DNA of 64,000 bases from Cyanophora paradoxa CCMP329. Lineage: Eukaryota > Plantae > Glaucophyta. The first letter of the stretch is position 1; each line of letters opens with the position of its first letter. Below, one piece after another: positions 48,260 to 60,997 of this stretch. Under the pieces are notes generated by a model. It made no database searches, was not told where the DNA came from, and was given only the letters and a program-made list of their open reading frames with translations. Both the position numbers and the translations under genes were made by a program. Where the stretch lies: NCBI GenBank assembly GCA_004431415.1, contig QPMI01000602.1, forward strand, positions 1-64,000, given 5' to 3'.

Positions 48260-49283
48260 GTGCGTTCAAACTCTCCTCTCGTGTCCCTACCGGCGTCCCG
48301 CGCCGTTCAAAACCGGCGCCGCGCTTGCGGTTGGTTTGGAGCGCAACGCACAGCTTGTTCGGTATTCGCGAGCCGCCGTCAAGATAAGTCAAGAAACCGC
48401 AGCTCCTAACAACGTCGTCACCGCTCCGCTCTGCGGCTTATTGGAGCGTTGGACCCCTTCTCGCGCGTTACACTGTGGAACTAGAGCTACAACAGGCTGG
48501 ACCGCTCGGCCCGCTGAGCCGAGCGTGGGCGAGGCCGGTTTGCTGCCGCCGCAGCTGAGGTCACCCGGTGCGCGGGCTTCAGACAGAACGTCGAACGCCA
48601 GGGTCGCCAGCACGCTAGCGCATAGCGCACTGCTAGCTAGCAACCGTACGAGTAGCGCTGTTCAACGGTTGCTCGATGCCGCGACTCCCGGAGTCCGCAC
48701 GAACTCCGGAACTTGCCAAGTTGAATGCTGAGCGGTCGCGGCCGCACCGGTGGCTGACCTGCCAACTGGAATGTACAGTACTAGTACTGCGGGAGTCTGC
48801 GCCGACTCTGCGGCTGATGCTAATTGCAAGCGTTAGCGCCCGGCCCAGCCCGCGCGCGCCCGCCCGTCGACGTCGTCCGCGCACCAGAGTCCAGACCAGG
48901 ACGGTCGACTGCGGCAGGCGTACCCGGATCGCGGATATCGATGTTCCAAGCGAGGTACCAGAACGGTACCTCTAGTGCGCTCGGAGGCGCCGGACGGCGG
49001 CTGATTTCCGCGTCCTAGGTACATAGTGAAAAAACGTTCTATGAACGGAATATATACGTATATATACGTACTCGGTATACCGAAGAAAAGAGGTGCTTTC
49101 AATTTTGGGTACCGCGGCTGAGGGGTCTACTGCATCATCACGCGCAAAACCGATGCGGTGAAAGAGGGAGAACCGAAGCGACGAAAGTGAAAGCAGAACC
49201 GATCGGCCGAAAGGTGGGAGAACCGACGCGCCGATTTCACTGCATCGAAGGTGACTGTACCCGGCACGCGGAGGGAGCTCGCC

Positions 49284-52200
49284 ATGGCGCGAAGCGGCGC
49301 CGCTCCTCCCTACGCAAAGCTGGACGAACCGTCCGCCCCGCCAGCAGAGCGGCAAAGACGGCGCTCAGTACCCGACTCGGCGCTGCCCGAGGAACCGGCG
49401 GAGCTCTTGTGCTGTGGTCCGTCGACCTGCGCTCTCTCCTGCGAGTCGTCCGGCTTAGCTGTACCGCGCAGGCGTCTCCTGCGAGTCGGCCTGGCCGCGT
49501 GGATGGCGTCCAGCCTATCTTTTTGGCCCTGCCGGCGACTGCTTGTTCCCTCCAAACTCTATGTTTGCGCGGCATCTTGGTTACTGCATGTTGAGCATCT
49601 TCTTTTACAACATCTTTGGTCTGCCGTTCCGTCTGGCCTTCCTTCAGCAAGAGATCCCGTGGCTCGTCACCTTCGCTCTTATGGTCGTCGACTACCTCGG
49701 CGATCTCATCCTAGTACTCTACATCATTGTCAAGATGCGGACGGTCACGTCGGCCCGCGATGTGAGCCCGCGCCGTGATTCAGAGCGTAGGGGCTTGATC
49801 TCAGATTGACCGCAGGTCGCGGATCCCTATGCTTTCTCTCGCGCCTTCTACCGCGACGTCATTGGCGTGATCCCAAGTACGGGCCTAGCCTCCCTTTGCC
49901 AGCCTTCTCGTGACGTGAGATCGGCAGTTGAGATCGTCGCGTACGCTGCCGGAGCGCGCCTGGCGCTCGCATACCGGTGCGCCCCGCTCCAACCGCTGGT
50001 TCGCCGTGCGGCAAACTTGCCCGGGCAGCTTCAATCGGTTCCTGTACTACTGGAGCATCAGCAACTTCACGTCAGCGTGGGAGCGCCGCGCCGTGCGCCC
50101 CCCTCTGGCTTCTAGGGACCCGCACTCGCCGCCGACGCGCGCGCGCAGACGCACGCGAACCAGCTCCGGCTGGCTCGGACCTGCGTGACAGTGCTGATCC
50201 TCGTGCACTGGGTTGCCTGCATGTACATGAGCGTCGTTAGCTACGAGGGCTTCGGGTGCGTCCTGCTCCTCGCCGGCGCCTCCTCCGCACCGCGCCGACC
50301 GCCTCGCAGGATCAACAAGTGGGCGATGCCGGACGAGCCGCTCCTCCGGAACAACGTCGACGCTCGGTACATGTACAGGTCAGCGGCGAGGGCTCGGGCG
50401 GGCCCGTTGTGGCCGGCGCCCGACGCGCCTCCGGCTGCAGCTTCTATTGGGCGCTCGCTTTCATGTTCGGGGTCAGCGGGGACGACCTCGGGAGCCCGCG
50501 GACGCGCCTCGAGTGCGCGGCCCGCCGCCGTCGGCCTCTCTCCGCCGGCGCGGCGCGGGCTCAGGGGGCGCCACGCAGGCTCTACTTCACCGCCGGCGTG
50601 ATCGTCACCGGCTTCTCCGTGGTCGCAGCCGTCGTCGGTGCCTCCCGGCGCCCCGCGGCCGCCCCGCGCGCCGTGAGCCGGCGGGGCAGGTAACGTGGCG
50701 AACCTGATCACGAACATGATGACCGACGGTGGTCGTCTCGCCCGACGGCACACAGGTCTACGTCACGATGACCGACGGTGCTCGGGAGCGCGCCCGCGCC
50801 CCCCCGCGCAATCTGAGCTGCCCGGCCCCCGCGCGCCCCCAGGGGAGTACTTCGGCGAGATCGCGCTCCTCTACGCAGACAAGCGCACCGCCTCCGTCCG
50901 CGCGAAGACCTACTGCGGTGCCGGCGGCCTTGCCCGCGCCGCCTCGGCCGGGGCGGGGCGGGGCGGGGGCCTGAGGGCGCGCGCAGACCTCTTCACGCTG
51001 CACAAGCACGACCTGGACGAGGTCCTGATGGACTACCCCGAGATGCACGCCATGCTTCGCGAGATCGCCAGGCGAGCCGCCCTCGCCCTCGCCTGAGCCG
51101 CCCGGCGGCGGCGCGCGCCCCTCTGAGCGCGCCGCATTCAGGTCGCGGGCGACCGAGGGGCGCGTGAAGGCCTCCAAGAACGCGCAGACGCCGGGCACGA
51201 GCGGGAGCAACACGCCGCACAACGGCGGCGGCCGCCCCTCGTGCGCGCGCGCCCCGCTCGGCCCGCCCGCGCCATCGCCGCCCACGCGTGGCGGCGGCCA
51301 GGTCGGGACCCTTGCCCGGGCGCCGCGCCTCGGGCGGGGGCCACTCGACGGGCGTCGAGCCCTCGGGCTCCATACGCCACGGGCACCACGGGCACCACGG
51401 GCAGAGGCACAGTACGACGGTCCGCCGGCCGCCTCCGCGCGCCCCGCGCCGCTCGGAGCGCCGGCTCTGACGGGGGGGCGGGGGGCGGGGCAGGCCAACG
51501 AGTTCCAGCAACAGGTCCGCATCCACAGGGCGCAGTGGGCCCTCCGCGTCCTCCGCCGCTTCGTCCGGGTGCCCGTCTCCCGCCCGGCCCCGTGCCCACT
51601 GGGCGCCCCTGAGCTCCCCGGCCCCAGGCCTGGCTCATGTTCAAGCGGGGCCAAGGCGGCCCCAACATCGGCAACAGGCCCTTCAAGGTGGGACCCCCGC
51701 TCTGAGCTGCCCCGCACACATCGCCCACGGCGCTTGCCCGCCGCAGTCGATCTTCGACGTCTACCAGGCCACCAAGTGCGGCGGCGGCGGCCCCGCGGTC
51801 CCGCCTGTCGCTGCTCTGACGGGCGGGCGGCGCAGGCTGCGGAGCATGACGCTCCTGGAGGGCGACCCCGACGCCATCGACGCCCTCGCCTCCAACAGCT
51901 TCGCCCGCGTCAACGGCAGCAACTCCCGCCGCCACTCCGGTGCCCCGCCCCGCCGTCTGCGCCCCGCACCGCGGCGCGCGGCGCCTGACGCTGCGGGGGC
52001 GGGCAGGGGACGGGATGTTCAACCCGCCGATGTTCACGCCCCCGCCGTACGTCCAGGCGTCGCTCAGGCAGGAGGAGGAAGAGGGGGCGGGTGACGCTGA
52101 CGAGGCCGGGGGCGCTCTCACGGCCCGCAGGTCCGTCCGGGTCCCGCGCCCCAGGTCCCCCTCGCTCCCGCCCGGCTGCCGAACGCCGCCGCCGCCCCGC

Positions 52201-53061
52201 CGCAGCGACGCCAGCGGCGTCAGCCTCGCGAGCCCGCGGCCCCTGCTGCCCCACACCGGCCTCACCCCCCGCCCTCCCCCCGACGAGCAGCCGCCACAGG
52301 TGCCGCCGGACGGGCACCCGCGCGCCTCGCCGGGCCCGATCGACCGACGGGGCGCGCAGGCATCGCCGACGAGCCTGGCGAGCGTGCTGGGCCCGCTCTG
52401 GGAGTGGGCGACCGGCGGGCAGGAGGGAGCGCGGCGGCCCCCGCCCCGCCCCGACCCGCTCGCCGACGAGGGCGACGCGGAAAGCAGCGCCGCGGCCGCT
52501 GCGCGGCGGGGCCGCGGCCGCAGCCCCGCGGCGGGGCGTCCGGCGCCGCTGAACGCGCCGGGGGCGCCGGGGGGCGGCTTCTACCACTCCTACGCGTACG
52601 GGGAGGGCCCGAGCGACGGCCGCTGGGGCCGCGCCCAGGCGATGGGCGTCGGCCAGGCAGGCTCCCGCTACGGGGACGACGACGGCGGGGGGTACACCCG
52701 CTACGTGCCGGCGGCGCAGTTCCCCGGCGGGGGCGGCCTGCCGCCCCCCGCAACGTACGGGCGGGCGACGGGCGGGCGGGCGGCGGGCCTCGCCGGGAAT
52801 CTGGACGCGGAGCGGGTGCGGCGGATGAGCGGCGAGTGGGCGGCGATGAATCCGGTGCCCGTCTCGCTGGCGCCGCCTACACCCGACCCGCGCCTCCTGG
52901 ACTCGGACGACGCCCTCATCGGGTGCCTGCCCAACCGGCGGCCGGCGCAGACGCTCCCGGCGCGGGCGCAGCGGCAGCCGCACGCGGGGCGGCGGCCGCC
53001 CTCCCCGAGCCGCTCCGACGCCTCCAGCCCCAACACCATCCCCGCCTCCTTCGAGGTCTAG
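49284..53061 (+). CDS. cyclic-nucleotide-binding-domain cation channel-like gene with an apparent internal deletion/frameshift (possible pseudogene)
   Basis: S1-S2 (FYNIFGLPFRLAF..VDYLGDLI), S5 (LVHWVACMY), pore helix (YSFYWAL), S6 (VVGNVANLI), CNBD second half (GEYFGEIALL...RTASVRAKTYCDLFTL). C-linker is absent. Confidence 0.75.
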
Positions 53062-53311
53062 CCCCCGAGCCCAGCCCCTTCTCCCCTCCACCATCGCCCC
53101 CCGCCCACGTGATCCATTGTATACGTACTTCGCCTACCCTCGCTGCCGCGGGCCCTCGAGATCATCGGATCCCAGGGTCTTTCCTCAATTGCGATCCTCA
53201 GTGCGCTGTCACGCAGCAATTGCAAACGGGTTGAAGCAGCGCGCGTTTCTTCGAAGAGAGCGATCGATCGAGCCTAGGCGCTACACCTACCCTGAGTCTA
53301 AGCTCACTATA

Positions 53312-54677
53312 CTACCCATAGCAGCGGATGCCGCCCTGGACTAAGGATTTTAGAGTGCCGTGACGCCGCGAGGGTCCACACGGTTGCCTTCGCCTGCGCG
53401 CGGGGGTCAACGTCGCTTGGGCCGCGCGGGGGGGGAACAACGTCTCCTGGCGAACCGAAGCGGCGGCGGTATTCGTACACCAAATAGGCGCTGTATATTG
53501 CCAGGAAGCAGCAAGTGAGCCACTGCGAGCCGCCAATCCTGCGTTAGCTAGGGGCCTCAACAGGAGACGTGATTCGCGCACCGCGCAGCTTTCCAGGGCG
53601 ACAAGGACACAGGCGAATCCGCGGACACCCGGATTCGAAAAGCTGTCAAGCGCATGCATCAGGGCGCCGTGCACGAAGGCACCGCAGCGCACGCACTCTC
53701 GTGCGAAGGCGGCCCATCCGTTGAAAAAGTAGGGACTGCGGATCACATGTAAGTCGGTGCCGAGGCGCGCGGAGCGCCGTGATCAAAGCGCACCTTATTG
53801 TTGACGAGATGAGCGACCACGTACAGGAATAGATAAGCGTGCAGGACACGTATCGCAAGCAGCGCGCGGCGTCGTTGTCGGCCACGCCCCGGTAGCCCTG
53901 CGACGCAGTAAGAACGATTGCTCCTTGATAATGCACGCATGCGCGCGCCTGAAAGAATATCCAGGTGCAGAAGGCGGCTCCGCCGAAGTCCGCGATGCAG
54001 GCGAAGAGGATCCGCAGACCGGGCCCTTGCGCTATTTGAAGGAATGCCGCGTGCAGAAGGTTCGAAGCTAAGCAACTGAGCACAGTTTAGATCAGGATCG
54101 AGCGCAGGTAGAAAGCGGCGCGGCGCAAACGCACGCCACGAAAACTTTGTACACGAGGTAGCACCACCAGGCTGTCCGCGCGGTCGTTCTCGGCAGTTCA
54201 TCTAACTCTAGATGGAATATGTTGAACTTTCTCGCCACCTTTCCCCATCCAAAAGGCCTGCGTCGAGACGTGACAGTGTGAGCTTTTTGACTTTCAGCCA
54301 GCTCAGAGGCAAGAGCGCTCACCAGTTCAGCTCGTGCTGCGAGTGCACCGTATCGATCAGATGAAAGAGAGCGCGAAATCAGAGATCAGAAGATCGGGGG
54401 CGCCGGGAGAGTAAGCGCAAACAGTCAAACAGACCCACAGGATGGTCGACGACGTGCTAGCCGGCTTGCTGTGCGGTTCAAACTCTAAGGGTTCGGGCTC
54501 GTCTGAGCTCGAAGAGCACTCCTCGTCCGAACGCCTAGCTAGAGGGGCGAGCGGGGTCCTAGACGCTGGGACCTCCTCGGCCTCCAACGCGTCTAGATCG
54601 AGAGGAAACCCTGAAGCTTGCACCGCCGGAGACTGCAAGGACGCCGGGGCGGCTGCCGCTGGCTCGCCGCCTTCCAT
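53312..54677 (-). CDS. SCAMP-like membrane protein; 3' end uncertain
   Basis: Acidic N-terminus, then NIFHLELDELP..AWWCYLVY..LASN..FCTWIFF..YRGV, similar in layout to the SCAMP domain. Confidence 0.45.
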
Positions 54678-55045
54678 CGGGTTTTATTGTGTACCCTGCG
54701 CTTCGGATCTTCGGTCGTGGTTCTCAATTCGATGAGGACCTTTGAGTACTCCGGCAGCAGCGGAGGCTCGCTCCTTGCGCATTCGACAGTCGTCGCAGTC
54801 GCATCGGCCCCCCAGCGCCAGGTCGTTCGCCGCGCGCTCTCCAGCGCACGGGTTGCCAAGATCAGCACACGCCGCACGCGAATCCGCCGCACGGGCTTCA
54901 AGCTTTTCTCCAGACCCGCGCACGCGAACGTTGAGGAGGGTGCGCGCCAGTCTCGCTGCGCTCCGGCGGCTAGCGCCGATCGGGGGGTCGGGCGGCGCGC
55001 CTCCGCTGCGCAGAGGGCGCGCTTGCTGAGGAGGAGGAGGCCGAT

Positions 55046-57019
55046 ATGGAGAAGGACGCGGCCGCTCAGCCCGAGAAGAAGAAGCCGTCGGGCTGGAAGT
55101 GAGCCCCCCCCGATCCCGAGCCGCCACGGGCGCCTCCCCGGCCCAACGCTCGCACGCAGGTCGTTCGCGATCGGTGCCATTAGGTCCGAGCCTCGGCGGC
55201 CCACGCCCACGCCGCGCTGGGCTCACAGCTCGCCCCGCCCCCCGCAGCGGTGCCGCCGCCGGCCTGACGGTCGACGTGAGCTTTGCGCCCGCTCCCTGCG
55301 CCCGGCCGAGCCGAGCCGAGCTGAGGGTCTCGCGCCTCAGGTCGTCCTCTTCCCGCTGGACACCATCAAGACGCGGTGCGGGGCGCGGGGCGGCAGGGCG
55401 GGCCGGGGCGCTGGCTCACATTGGGGGCGGGCAGGCTCCAGGCGCGGGACTTTGCGGGGCTGGTGAAGGGCGCCGGCAGCATGTACTCGGGCCTCCCCGC
55501 CGTCGTCGCCGCGGTGCGCTGCGGCCCCGCCTCGCCCGTCGCCGGGGCGCGCTGGGGCGAGGCGGGGCGGGCAGGCGGCGCCGTGCGCGGCGACCTTCTT
55601 CGGCACGTACGACGCGACGAAGAACCTGCTCGCCGACAAGGCCCCCGCCTACCTCGGCCAGGCCCGCCCCCGCCCGCCACGTCCCCGCCGCCCCCCGCAA
55701 GGGGTTCCCGCGCCCTCCGTGAGGCTCTCGGCAGGTCGCGGCCGCGGCCCTCGGCACCGTCTTCGCCGCCTGCATCCGGTACCCCTGCCGCGCAGGCTTT
55801 CCGGCCCTCGGGGCGCTGAGGGCCGCTGGGGCGGGGCGCAGGACGCCCTCGGAGGTGGTGAAGCAGGGCGTGCAGGTGCGCCGCCCACGCCCGCGCGCCC
55901 CGCGCCCTCCCGCCACCGCCGAGCCGGCGGGGCGCCAGGCCGGCCTCTACAAGACGGGCCGCGAGGCCGCCGGAGCCATCCTCAAGTGAGCGGGGGGCGG
56001 CGGGGGCGGGGCGCCGGGGCGGGGCGGGGGCCGACAGCGCCTGCGCGGGGGCGCAGGAGCCGGGGGATCCGGGGCCTCTACGCCGGCTACGGCTCCCTCA
56101 TCCTCCGCGAGATCCCCTGTCCGCCCCCGCGCCGGCCCCGCCCCCTCGCGGCCGGCCTCGCGGGGGCGTGACGTGCGGCGCAGTCGACTGCATCCAGTTC
56201 CCGATGTACGAGCAGCTGAAGACGCTCGGCTCGCGCGCCGCCGGCGGCCGCCAGCTCCACGGCCACGAGATCACCGCCGTCGGTGCGCCCTCCCGGAGCT
56301 CCCCGCCGGGCCCCGCCCCCGGGGCGCCCCTGACGCCCCCCGAGGCATGGTCGCCGGCGCCATCTCCGCCGGCCTCACCACCCCGCTCGGTCCGCCCCGC
56401 CCCCCTTGCTCCTCTCTCCGCCCCTCGTGACCCCGCGCCCCGCAGACGTCGTGTGAGCTGGGCCGGCCTCGCAGCGCGCCCCGCAGCCGCCTCTTCTGAA
56501 CGCCCCGGCCGGCCCGGGGGCGGGCAGGAAGACGCGCCTGATGACGCAGCGGATCGGGGACGCGCGGCAGTACACGGGTGGGCGGGGGCCGAGGCCGGGG
56601 CCGGGAAGGCGTGGGGCTGACGGGCGGCAGGCATCGCGGACGCGTTCTCGCGGATCGTGAAGGAGGAGGGGCCCCGCGCCCTCTTCCGCGGCCTCGCCCC
56701 CCGCATGACCAGCGCGCCCCACGCCCCGACCCCCGGCGCCCCGCCCTCTCACCCCGCCCCGCGCAGTGATCGGCTTCGGCGGCGCCATCTTCTTCACGAC
56801 CTGTGCGGCCGGCCCGGGCCCCCGCGCGCGCCTCGGCTGAGCCGCCGCCGCGCAGTCGAGACGGTGAAGCGGGCGGTGGAGCCGAAGATCGTAGGGGAGG
56901 GCAAGGAGGAGGCGGCGGGGGAGGCGGCGCCGGAGCTCCCCGCCGAGGCCGCGGGGGCCGACGAGGGGGCGGAGGGCAAGCTCAAGGCCGCCCCCGCCGC
57001 CTCCGACAAGAAGCAGTAG
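55046..57019 (+). CDS. mitochondrial carrier family protein, S-adenosylmethionine carrier-like
   Basis: [60 protein letters not shown]. Confidence 0.9.
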
Positions 57020-57716
57020 GCGCCCCGCGCTGCAGCTACTCGACGCATGCCGTAATATGCTGTCTCCGGGATGTCCTACCGGTAGCACTTGCAGGGTTGC
57101 ACAACTTGCACTAGCGCTAGCGCTGGGACGCTAGCGCTGGCGCTAGCCGCCGGGGCCGGCAGCTGAATTTGAAGCAGACAGCAGTGGATGAGTCAAGGCC
57201 GGAAGTCTAGTTCGCAACAAGCACAAAAACAAGTCGATCTCCGCAGCAGCAGCAGAGCAGCTTCAGGGAGCAGCGCAGGGAGTCCAGGAACGCAACAGCT
57301 GCAGGGGAACGAGGTGCGCGCGCAGCCCAGCTAGAAGCGATCGCGCTCATTGCGATTGCGCGTTGAGCGCCGAGCGCGGCCTTCGACGGATCCGGAACCG
57401 CAGGCTGGATATCGCGGAGGCCTAGGTGCCGCTCGCGCGCAACCTCGAATCGGCCGCGCCGCCATCCCTTCAGCTGCAGCTTACAGTTAAGAAGCACGAT
57501 CTGTCTGATTTGGCAGCCGGCGCAACCCCGAGCGCCTGCTGCGCATGCAGCCAGCTGCAGGGCGCCGGCTAGCGCGCGCTGCAGCTGACGACAGCCTCCC
57601 GGCGAATGCTGCGGCGGCGCGAAAGCACCAGCAGATTAAAAGCTGATCGCTCGTAATCTGAGCGCCTCGCGCGCACTGCCGCTTCGTCTGGCGCCGCGAC
57701 CTCGGCAATCGGGGCG

Positions 57717-59307
57717 ATGGCGCGGAAGAAGGGGGAGAACGCGAGCAGCGGGGGCGGCGGGAGCGACAAGTCGGGGAAGAGCTGGACCTCGAGGTCGCCG
57801 CCCCGCACCGTCCCGCCCCGCCCCGCCTGGAGCTCGCGATCGCGGAGGTGCGGCGCTGACGTCGTGCGCGCGAGCAGCCGGACCGGGGGCGGGGGGACGC
57901 TGGGCGAGATCGCGCACCAGATCGAGCAGCTCAAGGCCCTCGTCTACGGTGTCTGCGCTTAGACGCGCTCAACCCTTTCCCTCCGCGGCGCAATGGGCTG
58001 ACACCCGAGCGCGCTCGTCCCGCTCGCCGCCGTCCAGGCATCGCCCTCGTGGCCGTGAAGGTGCCCAGCCCCCTTCGTCGTGAAACTCGCGGTCCGCGGC
58101 GCTGACGTCGGGGGGGCGCAGGACATGAGGCGGGGCCTGCGGTGGCGCGTCTTCGACCTAGCGGCGCAGACCTTCTTCGCCCTCCTGCTCCCCGTCGCCC
58201 TCTGCGGGTGGGGCCACGACGGCTGGGGCGGGCCCCTCGAGCCCCTCGGGGCGGGCCTGCGGGGGTACGTCAAGTTCGACGACGTGCCCTACGGGACCTT
58301 CTACGCGCTCTGGCTCGCCGTCGCCCTCGCCGTCGCCCTCTGCCTCGCCAACGCCGCCTACGTGCGCCCCCTCCCCCGCCCCCCGCCCCGCCGGCCCCCG
58401 CGACCGGCGTCGGGCAGGTCGGTTACTCGTTCGCGCGGCACTCGTTCAAGTTCCGCTTCCCGCTGCGCTTCCTGCGGGTCCTGGGGCACGCGCAGGCCGG
58501 CCTCTACGTCCCCGTCCTCCTCGTGCTCCTCGAGCCGTGGGACTGCCCCTCGCTCCTCCCCGGGGCGCCGCACCGCAGCTTCGGGGCCGAGCTGGCGTGC
58601 TGGCGGGGGGCGCACCTGCCCCTCGCCCTCGCCTCCCTCGCCCTCCTCCTCTGCTTCGCCGCCCTCTGCTTCTCCTACAACCTCCTCTTCTTCGAGGCCG
58701 ACCCGCACCGCCCCGCCGTGTGGGCCGCCCGGCCCCACGCCCGCGGCGAGCTCGCCGCACAGGCCGCCCTCACCGCCGCCGCCGTCTGCGTCGCCATCTC
58801 CGACGTCGGGCCCGTCGCCCGCGGCCTCCTGTCCCTCGCCCTCGGCGCCGCCCTTCTCCACTCCGTCCTCGACCTCTACCCCTTCTACAGGCTCGCCCTC
58901 CTCCCGCTCCCCCACGCCTTGCGGCGGGCTGACGCGGCGCAGGCTGTGGATGAACCAGCTGCGGGCGGCGGTGGCTGTTGTCTTCGTCTGGGCGCGCCGG
59001 CGCGCCCTCCCGCGGGCGCCGCGAGCCGCTGACGCCGGGCCCCCTCCGCGCCCAGGTCGGGCTCTTCGTGTTCGCGGAGGGGCGCTACGGGGAGGACCTC
59101 CGCCGCGCCTCCTCCCCCGCCGCCTTCTACGGCGCCCTCCTCGCCGGTGCCCCGAGGCCCCTGCCGCCCGCCCCGCCCGCTCGGCTCAGCGGCGCGCAGG
59201 CATCCCCCTGGCGGCGGGGGCGCTCTGGGCGTTCACCGGGCTCCACTTCCGGAGGCGGCGCTGCACGGGGCGCGCCTTCAACCTCGCGATGACCCGCGCC
59301 TGGCACG
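57717..59307 (+). pseudogene. TmcB-like membrane protein, N-terminal part interrupted by an insertion
   Basis: VGYSF.RHSFKFRFPLRFLR...LACWRGAH...LLFFE.DP...ARPHAR.EL...YPFYRLWMNQLRAA. Host-type codon usage stops abruptly at ~59307. Confidence 0.7.
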
Positions 59308-59592
59308 AAAAAATGAGAGAACGACGACCACGGTGGCCCACCCCTCTCCACCAACCCGATCCCCTCACCCCCTCTCTCGCTGCACCAGTCATAACGTCCA
59401 CCCCGCTCTCGTTTCAACCCTGCTATGCCCCCACGTCTACCATCATCCCCAAGCAACGTCTACCGGCCTTTTCCCTAGGTCAAAGCCTAGCAATAGCTCA
59501 CGACTATTCAGGGCAGAGCTGGCAACTAGAATAGGCGAAGAGGAGCGCTGCCCCCCATGCGCGCGGTCTGCAGAGCAACGAGGCAGAATAGT

Positions 59593-59726
59593 CTAGGCGA
59601 TATTAATGAGTACGAAGAAGCTGACTGAGGAAAAGGCGTTTAGCTCAAGCTAGGCGATAAGAATGAGTACGACGAGGCTAACTGAGGAGAATCGTTTAGG
59701 ATTATCTAGGCGATATGAATGAGTAC
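59593..59726. repeat. ~57-bp imperfect tandem repeat (ctaggcgata..aatgagtac..actgagga..cgtttag), ~2.4 units
   Basis: Units start at 59593, 59650 and 59706. Confidence 0.85.
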
Positions 59727-59766
59727 ATTGAAGCACTTCGTGCCCCCAGAGCGGTCTGGTGCGGCC

Positions 59767-60111
59767 TCATTCCACTTGATCTGGTTGCTTTTCCGAAACT
59801 GGAGTCTTCTCCTTTCTGAAACTTGATAGCAAGGACTTTTTTCTTTTCAGCGGCTTCGGGATATTTGGGGGAGGCCAAGACAATCTTCGGCCTTCAGCAT
59901 CAAGCCAAGGTACAGGTGAATCGGTTCGAGTAAATGGAGAATTGGACCTAGAAGTCCTGGGTGTGTTAATAGGCGAAACCTGAGTTTCTGGGGTGCGAGA
60001 GCCTTCTGTGTCTGATATTTCGAGATTAATGGTCGTCTCACAGCAACTACAATTCAATTTGCTGGTGACGTTGAGATGGAACATATCCAAACATTTTCGA
60101 AGCAAATCCAT
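59767..60111 (-). CDS. small hypothetical protein of the element (114 aa; CSCC motif, S/TP sites, basic KRKK)
   Basis: ATG-initiated intronless ORF, packed 38 nt downstream of the preceding ORF. Confidence 0.55.
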   Translation of the reverse strand: MDLLRKCLDMFHLNVTSKLNCSCCETTINLEISDTEGSRTPETQVSPINTPRTSRSNSPFTRTDSPVPWLDAEGRRLSWPPPNIPKPLKRKKSLLSSFRKEKTPVSEKQPDQVE

Positions 60112-60149
60112 CTATTAATGGAAAAATATAAAAAAACAAAGGAATGCAG

Positions 60150-60974
60150 CTATGGAGCTGTATCGCTGCCGAATATAGGAAAATACCTATTAGTGCCGTA
60201 GTACTCTGCATATGTGTTCTGTTTAGCAATAGCATCGGTTCGTTCAGCATAAAGGATACATTTGTAGATACCAAACCTGGTAGCTCTTACTAAAAACTGA
60301 TAATCTTCTAATCCGAAATTTACACCATGATAAGCGATTCCAAAGTTATCGTAAGGAGTTATTACCACTGTAATATTCGGAGTTCCACCTTCAACCTGGC
60401 AGAGAGCGTAGATATCAGGTGGGATATCCACTACTACCTTGAAATGATCACCAATTTCAACCAGAGAATCAACTACTGATGTTTGCTCATTAACAACGAT
60501 TGGAAAGATCTTAATAATATATGGTGCATTCATGCTGGGAACGTAGGTGCGAATACGCGTTAAATTATCAATCGGGTTCGGTTGATCGTTCACAAAGAGA
60601 GGAGCTCCGATAGCTCCACCAACACGAAGACCATCGCCAACATATGCGCCACCATTTCGGCAGTTAATAGCTCCCGAACGAGATTCGAAGGAATAAGTCG
60701 AAAGAGGATCGCCGTAGCTGTCTGGATCGCCATAATGGGCGCTAAAATTTGCATTTGTAACTAGCAACTTTGTAGTTTTGACCACACCATTATTTTTATC
60801 ACATCGGAGTTCCTGCAATCTAAGTTTATGTGTAGATCCGAAGGTATTCATTGTAGGTTGAACCTCTGTTGATTCAAGACCTTCTACATCGTCAAAAGTA
60901 GAATGTTGTAAAACATGTGTAGCTGGGGCTGCGAGCGAAAGTTGTGCCGTGACAATACGCTCAATTTCAGTCAT
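60150..60974 (-). CDS. virus fibre/spike-like protein, paralog 2 (274 aa)
   Basis: Intronless, AT-rich. GAINCRNGGAYVGDGLRVGG and C-terminal VDIP..ITP...FG.AY...G.Y..ILYAERTD. Clear paralog of the adjacent ORF. Function is inferred. Confidence 0.7.
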   Translation of the reverse strand: MTEIERIVTAQLSLAAPATHVLQHSTFDDVEGLESTEVQPTMNTFGSTHKLRLQELRCDKNNGVVKTTKLLVTNANFSAHYGDPDSYGDPLSTYSFESRSGAINCRNGGAYVGDGLRVGGAIGAPLFVNDQPNPIDNLTRIRTYVPSMNAPYIIKIFPIVVNEQTSVVDSLVEIGDHFKVVVDIPPDIYALCQVEGGTPNITVVITPYDNFGIAYHGVNFGLEDYQFLVRATRFGIYKCILYAERTDAIAKQNTYAEYYGTNRYFPIFGSDTAP

Positions 60975-60997
60975 TTTACATTAAAGTGATATATATT

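Noticed and set aside
57110-57150. CTAGCG repeats after a gene end (similar near 28560 and 48630)
   Set aside because: Too short and irregular to support a terminator or regulatory call without statistics.
59620-59720. CTGAGGA as a hammerhead ribozyme core
   Set aside because: There is no correctly placed stem II-GAAA or stem III/UH cleavage site.
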